Shown one piece after another: positions 45,905 to 53,378 of a stretch of DNA of 64,000 bases. Position numbers and translations under genes: made by a program. The stretch is from a virus (taxonomy: Duplodnaviria > Caudoviricetes), in the IMG/VR virus record IMGVR_UViG_3300021431_000081, positions 91,846 through 155,845 of that record, one strand, 5' to 3'. Under the pieces are notes generated by a model. The model did not search any database. It was not told the origin of the DNA and worked only from the letters and a program-made list of their open reading frames with translations. Positions within the stretch are counted from its first letter, which is position 1. The number at the start of each line of letters is the position of its first letter.

Positions 45905-46805
45905 TCAAAAGAAAAGATATATGGAAATAAAGTATCAAAATGATATTTTACCACCAAGAGTATTGGAACGATTATTTCAAAAGATTGATTCGTTTGAGAG
46001 AAGAAGAAATAAAGATTGTTCTGAATTCAATTCAAAAGAGATACTATCTTTTCTTACATTAAATAACGATAAATCTTTAAGTGTAATAGAGAATAAGAGA
46101 TCTATTCTTTCTAATTATACAGATTGGTGTTTGACTAATGGTTTTGTGAAGTCAGGACAGAATCATTATGAAGAACTGACCATAAGTGATTTAAAGAAAT
46201 GTATTAACAAAGAAAAAATGAAGAGTTCTATTATTACAAGAGAAGATTTGTTGGAGACAATAAGTGAACTGGAAAACTTTCGTGATCAATTTATTTTGCT
46301 CTCTATTTTTGAAATAGGCGTAAAAAGGCATTTTGCTGATTTAATCAATATCAATATAGAAGATTTCAATAGGGAAAACAATACATTAGTATTGGAAAAC
46401 AGAACAGTTACGGTATCTGATAAATTATATGAACTAGCTGTGGCTGCAAATAATTCTTTGGTTTACTATGATACAAGAAACAGAGCAGTTACATTAGTTG
46501 GTGATAAGGTAGTAAAATATTCACTACGTGGCCCAAGATCAGGGAATGCAAACGACTACGGAAAAAAGATTATAGCCATTGTTCGTAGAAGTTTGGATTA
46601 TTTAGGATTAGATAATATTATACCAAGAGATCTAGCATTGAGTGGTATGATCCATTTAATTAAAGAGTACGGAAAATATTATCATCTTGATCCAAAGGAA
46701 GTTGTTATGAATAAAAAATTATATAGTAAGGTTTGTCAGCAATATGATGTTAAGACATATTCTACAGTATTTCTGCATCAGTATGAAACGGTTTTATCCT
46801 CGTAA
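45894..46805 (+). CDS. Degenerate tyrosine-recombinase-fold repressor (SPbeta YopR/MrpR-like)
   Basis: N-terminal SAM-like domain, RDQFILLSIFEIG, LSGMI; lacks the HxxR/GH catalytic motifs; overlaps the DGQHR gene. Confidence 0.7.
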   Translation: MNPDQKKRYMEIKYQNDILPPRVLERLFQKIDSFERRRNKDCSEFNSKEILSFLTLNNDKSLSVIENKRSILSNYTDWCLTNGFVKSGQNHYEELTISDLKKCINKEKMKSSIITREDLLETISELENFRDQFILLSIFEIGVKRHFADLININIEDFNRENNTLVLENRTVTVSDKLYELAVAANNSLVYYDTRNRAVTLVGDKVVKYSLRGPRSGNANDYGKKIIAIVRRSLDYLGLDNIIPRDLALSGMIHLIKEYGKYYHLDPKEVVMNKKLYSKVCQQYDVKTYSTVFLHQYETVLSS

Positions 46806-46844
46806 GGGGATAAAACTGATGTAAACAAGATAAATTAAAAAGAG

Positions 46845-46873
46845 TTGACAAAAGTTTTGCTATGTGTTACAAT
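46845..46873 (+). promoter_or_regulatory. SigA-type promoter for the tRNA/ncRNA island
   Basis: TTGACA-17 bp-TACAAT, ~20 nt before tRNA-Ser. Confidence 0.85.
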
Positions 46874-46894
46874 ACAAAATGTCAAGAGACAAAG

Positions 46895-46984
46895 GCCGAT
46901 GTACTCTAGTGGCTGAGGAGTGCTGACTTGAAATCAGCTAGGGGGCAGAGATGTCCTGCGAGGGTTCGAATCCTTCCATCGGCG
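46895..46984 (+). tRNA. tRNA-Ser(TGA)
   Basis: GCTGA-ctTGAaa-TCAGC; long variable arm; G discriminator. Confidence 0.92.
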
Positions 46985-47182
46985 TTTCCTTGTAAAGCAC
47001 TGTGTTGCAAATAAAAGTAAAGGAGGGAGTAACCTCCGAATTGTTGCGGATCAAGGAAAACCTTCTGGGATTATGGGATTGATATTATTTTCAAACGTAA
47101 AAAAATCAATACGTCATTTTCTGTTAGGGGTAGCAGTTTTTGGGCGTATTAAATAAAGAAATTAAAAGAACAGGTATATAGT

Positions 47183-47575
47183 ATGAACAATACGTGTGAA
47201 ACACAATATAAAATTACTGTTAAAAAATATATGACGCAAAAATCTTTTTCTGGATTCAATTTTATGAAAAAGTTTAATAACGATAATCCGATGCCATTAA
47301 GAACTATGATTGGTACAATTCAAAAAGAAACTAAAGGCATGGTGTATATGAAGCTTCATGGACAAGCAGCGTATACAGAAAGATGTATGAAATGTGGAAG
47401 AATACTTAAAGATCCAGTTTCACAATTTTTGGGTATTGGCCCCGAATGTATATCACAATTAGGTCTTAGTCATAATATTACGGACATAGAGATGATAAAA
47501 GAAAAATTGGTTGATATAATTTGGGAAGGATGGATAATACGAAGTTCTATTGTTTCAATAGAAGTTATTCAATAA
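47183..47575 (+). CDS. DUF6011-like Zn-finger protein
   Basis: CMKCGRILKDPVS..LGIGPEC motif. Confidence 0.8.
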   Translation: MNNTCETQYKITVKKYMTQKSFSGFNFMKKFNNDNPMPLRTMIGTIQKETKGMVYMKLHGQAAYTERCMKCGRILKDPVSQFLGIGPECISQLGLSHNITDIEMIKEKLVDIIWEGWIIRSSIVSIEVIQ

Positions 47576-47582
47576 ATAATAA

Positions 47583-47665
47583 GCGGGTATGGCGGAACGG
47601 CAGACGCCGGGGACTTAAAATCCCCTGAGATTATTCTCGTGAGGGTTCAAATCCCTCTACCCGCA
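47583..47665 (+). tRNA. tRNA-Leu(TAA)
   Basis: GGGGA-ctTAAaa-TCCCC; variable arm; T-loop TTCAAAT. Confidence 0.93.
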
Positions 47666-47824
47666 CTGGAGATGCCTATAAGCACCTCCTGAGATTTTTT
47701 GAACAATTCTGTTTAATCTACTCTCAAGGGCGAACTGTTCACCCGTCCCTTGTAAAACATAACGGGAGAACTTCCTTAAAAATTACTCCTTGGCATTACG
47801 GATTTTAAGAAGGAGAAAATCAAG

Positions 47825-48001
47825 ATGGGCGAAAAGATGAAGTTCGAAATATATGGTGAGTTAGAGTGGTTAGAGCCAACGGATTATTATGCAGGTCCGT
47901 GGAGATATCTGGAAACCGTCAGAGCAGAGGATGGCAAAATGTACGATATAGTGGTAATGAATAGGCACTATCCTTGCGAAAGAAGATATACCGTCCTCTA
48001 A
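47825..48001 (+). CDS. Small hypothetical protein (58 aa)
   Basis: AAGGAG RBS; MGEKMKFEIYGELEWLEP... Confidence 0.6.
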   Translation: MGEKMKFEIYGELEWLEPTDYYAGPWRYLETVRAEDGKMYDIVVMNRHYPCERRYTVL

Positions 48002-48070
48002 ACTATGAGATAAGTGATTGAATAAAAAATTATGCGATGATGGAATAGGTAGATTGGTAGTGAAATCAGA

Positions 48071-48250
48071 ATGATAGAAGAAAAATGCAACATCAAAACA
48101 CTTACACCACAGCAACGTGCGCTATTGAACGAAATCAGAAAAGAAACGGAAGCACCGTACAGAGATATTATAGATGGGATAAGAAAATACGGAAACGACC
48201 GTAATAAGGTTATAAACTATTTGCGGGAAATAGCGATTGTTTATGCATAA
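48071..48250 (+). CDS. 59-aa protein resembling the EF-Ts N-terminal (UBA-like) domain
   Basis: LLNEIRKETEAPYRDIIDGIRKYGNDRNKVINYLRE pattern; weak RBS. Confidence 0.5.
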   Translation: MIEEKCNIKTLTPQQRALLNEIRKETEAPYRDIIDGIRKYGNDRNKVINYLREIAIVYA

Positions 48251-48294
48251 CAATAGAGACAAGAACAACTCACTTAAATGGTTAAAAGGAACAT

Positions 48295-48422
48295 TATGTG
48301 GTGGCGGAATAGGTAGACGGAGGACAGCAGGAGAATGACTGACAGGTAGGAACAACTTGTTTAGACAGAGCTGCATGGAAAAAAATCATTCTCATGTAAG
48401 GTGCAAATCCTTACCCACATAA
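48295..48422 (+). ncRNA. tRNA-framed RNA, copy 1
   Basis: Acceptor TATGTGG/CCACATA; D region GCGGAATAGGTAGACG; T-arm GTAAG-GTGCAAATC-CTTAC; long insert in place of the anticodon arm. Confidence 0.8.
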
Positions 48423-48545
48423 TAAACCGCACGGATGGCCGTGGACACAACGATAGTTGAAACGCAGAGAAGTTTTTGGTGCGGTATATAAATGAATATG
48501 GGCCTCAAGTGGAAAATGGTATGTCCCTCATGAGTACACGCATGT

Positions 48546-48650
48546 TCTCCGGTGACGAAATAGGTAGCCGAGCCGTCCGAGTGTCGCAGACATAGGAGGG
48601 TGCATAGACGGGAGTCTTTACATGTGAAGTGCAAATCTTCACCCGGAGAA
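48546..48650 (+). ncRNA. tRNA-framed RNA, copy 2
   Basis: Acceptor TCTCCGG/CCGGAGA; ACGAAATAGGTAGCCG; T-arm GTGAA-GTGCAAATC-TTCAC. Confidence 0.8.
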
Positions 48651-48652
48651 TT

Positions 48653-48740
48653 GGCTCTATAGAATAACGGAAGTCGATTTAAGCTAGTAGTTCACTGCAA
48701 TGTCCAAGCAGAGGTTCTGGTTCAACTCCAGATGGGGCCG
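48653..48740 (+). tRNA. Atypical tRNA-Asp(GTC) with expanded D-loop
   Basis: Acceptor GGCTCTA/TGGGGCC + G; CTGC...atGTCca...GCAG; T-arm TCTGG-TTCAACT-CCAGA. Confidence 0.6.
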
Positions 48741-48884
48741 TTAATGCGAAGCACTAGGCGAAGTGAGTATGCTTATCATGACGATGATTAGTTGAAAGTT
48801 CGGTTAGGAAAAGCATCAAGACATAAGACTGGTTTGTTAGTGAACATTAAAGAGTAGTCAAAGGCCAAGGCTACCGCCAGTTGT

Positions 48885-48986
48885 TCTTCGGTGGCGGAAT
48901 AGGTAGACGCTAATGTACAAACAACGATTAAGATCTGAGATAGTACGGTCGCAGATTATGTAAGGTGCAAATCCTTATCCGGAGAA
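48885..48986 (+). ncRNA. tRNA-framed RNA, copy 3
   Basis: Acceptor TCTTCGG/CCGGAGA; GCGGAATAGGTAGACG; T-arm GTAAG-GTGCAAATC-CTTAT. Confidence 0.8.
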
Positions 48987-49137
48987 GGCGTGCGAGGTAT
49001 CAAACAGCATAGGGAGGGATGCAGATACCGCTAAACTCCTACCCAAGCGCACACGGGTCCTGATGTTCGATTTAGCCACGTAATGAACAAGCAGTGCGTT
49101 AAGAGAGTGACTGGCAGCCGGGAAAAGACCGGCTATA

Positions 49138-49209
49138 CGGAACGTAGCTCAGATGGTTGAGCGGTTCCCTATGGGGAGCAATACGCAGGTTCGAATCCTG
49201 CCGTTCCGA
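49138..49209 (+). tRNA. tRNA (Pro-like body) with aberrant 6-nt anticodon loop
   Basis: Acceptor CGGAACG/CGTTCCG + A; good D and T arms; GTTCC-ctatgg-GGAGC. Confidence 0.65.
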
Positions 49210-49343
49210 TTTCACAGCAGTTGCAAATGTTGTGGACGGTGATTCAAAGAGATAAAGTTGAGGGTTAAGTATTAATTAAGTGTGAGGGTGGTGTATTCGT
49301 AGGCCACGAATAAGACAGACTTGAATGGTATGAATTATCGTTA

Positions 49344-49416
49344 CGCACTATAGTTTAAATGGAGAAAACGCCCAAAGACTAATTGGGTAATATAGGTTCG
49401 AGTCCTATTGGTGCAA
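49344..49416 (+). tRNA. Atypical tRNA, loop AGACTAA (nominal anticodon ACT), C1.A72 mismatch
   Basis: CCCAA-agactaa-TTGGG; T-arm ATAGG-TTCGAGT-CCTAT. Confidence 0.65.
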
Positions 49417-49526
49417 CTCGATTGTCTTTAGTTTGACCTCCTTTCTTCTTTTGTTACTTGTTGACTTGTTTTTGCTTTGTTTGCACGGTCTAGCTAGGGA
49501 GATCGTTAACAATCCCTAGCATGCGT

Positions 49527-49598
49527 TGCCCATTAGTACAAAAGCTAGTACATGCGGCTTTGACCCGCAGGACGGTGGGGCAGTACCACCATGGGCAG
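49527..49598 (+). tRNA. tRNA-Gln(TTG)
   Basis: Acceptor TGCCCAT/ATGGGCA + G; TGCGG-ctTTGac-CCGCA; variant T-loop GGCAGTA. Confidence 0.85.
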
Positions 49599-49610
49599 TT
49601 CTTTCACAAA

Positions 49611-49841
49611 ACCAGACGCTCTCAGCATGGATGCATACATGTGACCCATACTATTTTTTCTGCGAAGGGTTAATGAGCGTGAACCGAATGCAGACCTCGA
49701 CACGAAACTAATAAAGACATAGCGAGTAGCACTATATAACGTTTGGTAGGGTGCTTTAAAGGATGAAGTGGCGCTTGCAGATATAATCTTATTAGTGGAC
49801 AGGGAAATCACATTCAAGTGCTGATCAGTTGTTGGTCTGGT
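49611..49841 (+). ncRNA. Candidate ~230-nt structured RNA
   Basis: Closing stem ACCAGAC/GTCTGGT with nested helices; fills the gap between two tRNAs. Confidence 0.45.
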
Positions 49842-49851
49842 CAGCAAATGA

Positions 49852-49924
49852 GCCAGTATGACGCAATTGGTAGCGTAACTGATTTGTGATCAGTCTGTTG
49901 TAGGTTCGAATCCTATTACTGGCA
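49852..49924 (+). tRNA. tRNA-Thr(TGT)
   Basis: ACTGA-ttTGTga-TCAGT (G37); canonical D and T arms. Confidence 0.9.
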
Positions 49925-50028
49925 TTTACCGTAGCGGTGAAAGTGATACTTCATGGTTATATAACAGCACATTTTGTTTATCACCTTCATTTTTAAGGAC
50001 AACTTCACTTTCAAATATTCACGGTAGA
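49925..50028 (+). ncRNA. Y-RNA-like module 1 (leader of the Ro60 gene)
   Basis: TTTACCGT-AGCGG-TGAAAGTGA-TACTTC ... TCACTTTCA-AATATTC-ACGGTAGA. Confidence 0.8.
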
Positions 50029-50044
50029 TAAGGAGACAAATACT

Positions 50045-51754
50045 ATGAGTAAGATGAGTTCTGCAGTAAAAGAAACCAGAAAGAAAGAAATCACAAAAGA
50101 ACAAGTAAACTTCATGGGTGGTATTTCCTATGGACTTACATCCTTGGAAACCATGAAAATGGTAACAGCATCCTCTATTATGGGTGAACCTCAGTATTAT
50201 CGTGATGGTGAGTTTGCTCAGAAAGGTGTAAAGGATGGTATATGTTCTCTTTTTACTTCTTTTAGTGAGTACCGGGTGATTGGTGATCACTTTGATGGAA
50301 AGAAAACTTCAGAGGTAATGGAAGAAGTTATTGATGCTGCTCTGAGTGAAAACTTTGAAGCAACTATTCGTTGGGCATTAACTCTACGGAAAGAATACCT
50401 GATGAGACTTAATCCGCAGGTCATCATGGTTCGTGCAGCTATGCATCCTGATAGAGTGAAATTCAATGAAGAACATCCAGGTTTATTCTCTGAGATCAAT
50501 GTACAGGTAATGAGCAGAGCAGATGAACCCAGTTCTCAACTTACGTATTGGTTATACAAAAACGGAAAGAAAAATGAGATTCCTTCTATCCTGAAACGTA
50601 ACTGGGCAAAGCGTCTGGAAAATGGTAAGAGATATGAACTGGCGAAATATAAGAACGCCAATGTGGGTATGATTGATACCGTCCGTATCTGTCATGCGAA
50701 TAGTGAAATCATTGATGAACTGATGCAGACTGGAACGATCAAGGTAGATGAAGATGATACTACTTGGGAAAGACTTAGATCTGCAGGAAAGACCTGGAGA
50801 GAGATCTGGGATGCAAAGGCACTACCTCATATGGCTTGTCTCAAGAATCTCAGGAATATCTTTACTGAGATTGAAGACAGAGATTTGTGTATGAAGATTC
50901 TGGATTATCTTAAGGGTGGAGTACACAGAGGAAAGCAGTTCCCTTTCAGATACTGGCAAGCGTATAAGATGATTGAAAAAGAGCATGATATTCATCATCA
51001 GTCACTCATCCTTGATGCTTTGGAAGAATGTATTGATCTGGCATGTGATAATATGCCGAAGCTTAAAGGTAAGACCATGTGTCTGTCTGATAACAGCGGA
51101 TCTGCATGGGGAGCATTCACCAGTGAGTACGGATCGGTAACTGTTGCTGAGATTGATAATCTTAGTTCTGTCATCACTGCAAGGAATTCAGATGAAGGAT
51201 ACGTTGGTAAGTTCGGTGACCTGTTAAAAGTTGTTCCTGTATCCAAACGAAACGGTGTTCTGAATCAGACCAAGGCCATTACTCACAATCATTACAATGA
51301 TGTTGGTGGTGGTACAGAAAGTGGTATCTGGAAGTTCTTTGAAAGAGCCATTGATAAGAAAGAATGGTGGGATAATATCTTCATTTATTCTGACATGCAA
51401 GCGGGTACAGGTGGGCTTTACGGAACAAGTGCAGATATGGATGCGTATAGAAGACGTGGGTTTGCTATGAGAGACAGCATTCATGTCGATGTAGCTAAAC
51501 TCATCAATGAATATAGACGAAAGGTAAATCCCAAAGTAAATGTTTTTTCTGTACAGACTGCAGGATACACCAATGTGGTTATTCCTGAATATGGATACAG
51601 AACGAACATTATGTATGGATGGACATCCAAAGAGTTGATCTATGCGGATGCCATGATCAAACTCTGGGATGAACATGATGAAATGAAACTTTTAAGAGGA
51701 CAGCGGAGAAATACATCAGTAATTGACGATGACCTCTTAAAAAGTACAACATAA
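50045..51754 (+). CDS. rsr: Ro60/TROVE-domain RNA-binding protein (Rsr-like)
   Basis: Helical TROVE region (YELAKY, ACLKNLRNI, QFPFRY..AY) plus vWA MIDAS (DNSGS, GGT, YSDMQ). Confidence 0.92.
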   Translation: MSKMSSAVKETRKKEITKEQVNFMGGISYGLTSLETMKMVTASSIMGEPQYYRDGEFAQKGVKDGICSLFTSFSEYRVIGDHFDGKKTSEVMEEVIDAALSENFEATIRWALTLRKEYLMRLNPQVIMVRAAMHPDRVKFNEEHPGLFSEINVQVMSRADEPSSQLTYWLYKNGKKNEIPSILKRNWAKRLENGKRYELAKYKNANVGMIDTVRICHANSEIIDELMQTGTIKVDEDDTTWERLRSAGKTWREIWDAKALPHMACLKNLRNIFTEIEDRDLCMKILDYLKGGVHRGKQFPFRYWQAYKMIEKEHDIHHQSLILDALEECIDLACDNMPKLKGKTMCLSDNSGSAWGAFTSEYGSVTVAEIDNLSSVITARNSDEGYVGKFGDLLKVVPVSKRNGVLNQTKAITHNHYNDVGGGTESGIWKFFERAIDKKEWWDNIFIYSDMQAGTGGLYGTSADMDAYRRRGFAMRDSIHVDVAKLINEYRRKVNPKVNVFSVQTAGYTNVVIPEYGYRTNIMYGWTSKELIYADAMIKLWDEHDEMKLLRGQRRNTSVIDDDLLKSTT

Positions 51755-51758
51755 ATAA

Positions 51759-51894
51759 GCAATAGGCGAAGCGGTCTAGACAGTTACTTCGTTTATAGAC
51801 AAAAGGTTAAGTCAATACTCTGCTAAAGTATCTATTGTTGGTTCGATCCCAACTAAACAGTTTTATGTACTGTCTAATTATTCTCGCCTATTGC
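51759..51894 (+). ncRNA. Y-RNA-like module 2 enclosing a tRNA body with GCT anticodon
   Basis: 11-bp closing stem GCAATAGGCGA/TCGCCTATTGC; AGCGG/ATTATTC loop; D, anticodon (ATACT-ctGCTaa-AGTAT) and T arms inside. Confidence 0.88.
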
Positions 51895-51903
51895 AAAGTA
51901 AAT

Positions 51904-52005
51904 AACATCTGTAGCGGTAAGCAGTGTTACTTCATTTGATGAAAATTGGACTTGAAATCCTCTCCTGTTATATACACCCAACACTCTTAATTATTCATAG
52001 ATGTT
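51904..52005 (+). ncRNA. Y-RNA-like module 3 with a TGA anticodon-type loop
   Basis: AACATCTGT/ATAGATGTT stem; AGCGG/ATTATTC; GGA-ctTGAaa-TCC. Confidence 0.82.
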
Positions 52006-52017
52006 TAAATAAAATTT

Positions 52018-52123
52018 GGCTGAAGCGGTCAGAGGAGTTACTTCGATATTAGGATTATCAATTGACTTTTAATCAATCTAAAGTGGTTCAAATCCACTAT
52101 TAACTCCTTCATTATTCTCAGCC
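52018..52123 (+). ncRNA. Y-RNA-like module 4 with a TTT (Lys) anticodon arm and T-arm
   Basis: GGCTGA/TCAGCC stem; AGCGG/ATTATTC; ATTGA-ctTTTaa-TCAAT; AGTGG-TTCAAAT-CCACT. Confidence 0.88.
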
Positions 52124-52211
52124 TTTGTTACATAAGCCTTCTTGAATTAATATTTTTGACATGTTTCATTCTCCAATCAGTTTTCCGTCTTTCTGTAAAA
52201 AAGACGGGTTT

Positions 52212-52299
52212 TGGGGATTAGCTCAATGGTCAGAGCCGAGTTCTTATAAAGCGAAGGCCCTCACAAGGTTTTATACGGGTTCGAATCCAGTATCCCCGA
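52212..52299 (+). tRNA. Atypical tRNA-Ile(TAT) with long variable arm
   Basis: Acceptor TGGGGAT/ATCCCCG + A; loop ctTATaa on a weak stem; T-loop TTCGAAT. Confidence 0.65.
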
Positions 52300-52316
52300 T
52301 TTTAATGAGGTGTTAT

Positions 52317-53213
52317 ATGAAGAAAAACGATTATACTTTTTATGATAATTATGTTATAGGGTTAACTCCAAAAGGGTATAAATTTTATTTTGACATTGAT
52401 GATTATGACAAGATAAAAGATTATTATTGGAAAAAGGATGGCTATGGAAATATTTATACGATAACAGAAGACGGCACTCGTATTTTAATGCATAAACTAC
52501 TTAAAGGGAATGGAATCTGGGTGCATATTGATGGCAATAATAGTAATAATCGAAAAGAAAATATAATAACAGCTAGACGTTATCATAATGATGGAAAAGT
52601 AATAATTAATGGATACGTTGCTATATATATGCCAGAACATCCTAGAGCGTATAAAGATAATGGTTGTGTATATGAACATATCGTTATAGCGGAAAAAATG
52701 TTACAAAGACCATTGTTGCCAGATGAATGTGTACATCATAAAGATTTTAATAGACAAAATAATAATCCTAATAATTTAATGGTTTTTTGTTCTGACAGCG
52801 ATCATATTAGCTATCATTATGGAAATGAGCCAATACTTACATCTAATGGTTCATATAAGTGTAAGAATGAATTGATAAATTATGCTTATAACAATATGCT
52901 GATAAATGATGAAATGAAAAAGGACATTACGATATTTCCCAAAACTAGATATAATATATGTCCGTCTTGTGGTGGAATAAAAAGTAAAGACGCAAAGATA
53001 TGTCTTAAATGTATTAATAATGAAAAAGGAAAACACATTCCTCCCAAAAATATATTAGAACAACTTATATTAACTAAACCATTTGTTCAAATTGGAAAAA
53101 TGTACAATGTAACAGATAACGCAGTAAGAAAATGGTGTAAAAAATATGGATTGCCGTTTAGAAAAATAGATATAAAAAAATTAAACGAAAATCAGGATAA
53201 TAAAGCTTCATAG
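52317..53213 (+). CDS. Free-standing HNH endonuclease (two HNH-like modules, Zn ribbon, C-terminal HTH)
   Basis: HIDGNNSNNRKEN and YEH..VHHKDFNRQNN..NL motifs; CPSC..CLKC; IGKMYNVTDNAVRKW; start after GAGGTG. Confidence 0.85.
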   Translation: MKKNDYTFYDNYVIGLTPKGYKFYFDIDDYDKIKDYYWKKDGYGNIYTITEDGTRILMHKLLKGNGIWVHIDGNNSNNRKENIITARRYHNDGKVIINGYVAIYMPEHPRAYKDNGCVYEHIVIAEKMLQRPLLPDECVHHKDFNRQNNNPNNLMVFCSDSDHISYHYGNEPILTSNGSYKCKNELINYAYNNMLINDEMKKDITIFPKTRYNICPSCGGIKSKDAKICLKCINNEKGKHIPPKNILEQLILTKPFVQIGKMYNVTDNAVRKWCKKYGLPFRKIDIKKLNENQDNKAS

Positions 53214-53270
53214 GTTTTATTATCCATTATGTAGAACGTCTGCAGCGTTACTACAGAGCATGCAAAGGTC

Positions 53271-53338
53271 TCCTCTTTAGTTTAGTGGTAGAACAACCAA
53301 GGGATACGGAGGCATCAGTTCGAATCTGATAAGAGGAA
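53271..53338 (+). tRNA. Pseudo-tRNA with degenerate anticodon arm
   Basis: Acceptor TCCTCTT/AAGAGGA; D-arm GTTT-agtggta-GAAC; T-arm ATCAG-TTCGAAT-CTGAT. Confidence 0.65.
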
Positions 53339-53378
53339 CTATTTATTAACAAAATAAATTACAAAGGAGAGTAAACTT

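Noticed and set aside
48763-48818. Possible hammerhead ribozyme (GATGA...GAAA three-way junction)
   Set aside because: The CUGANGA core is absent and GATGA is used up in a stem
48295-48986. tmRNA or intron-containing tRNAs
   Set aside because: No G3.U70 alanine identity or tag ORF; the inserts are too short for group I/II cores and removing them does not restore an anticodon arm
52161-52316. N-terminal extension of the HNH ORF
   Set aside because: It runs through the tRNA at 52212-52299; the RBS supports ATG 52317
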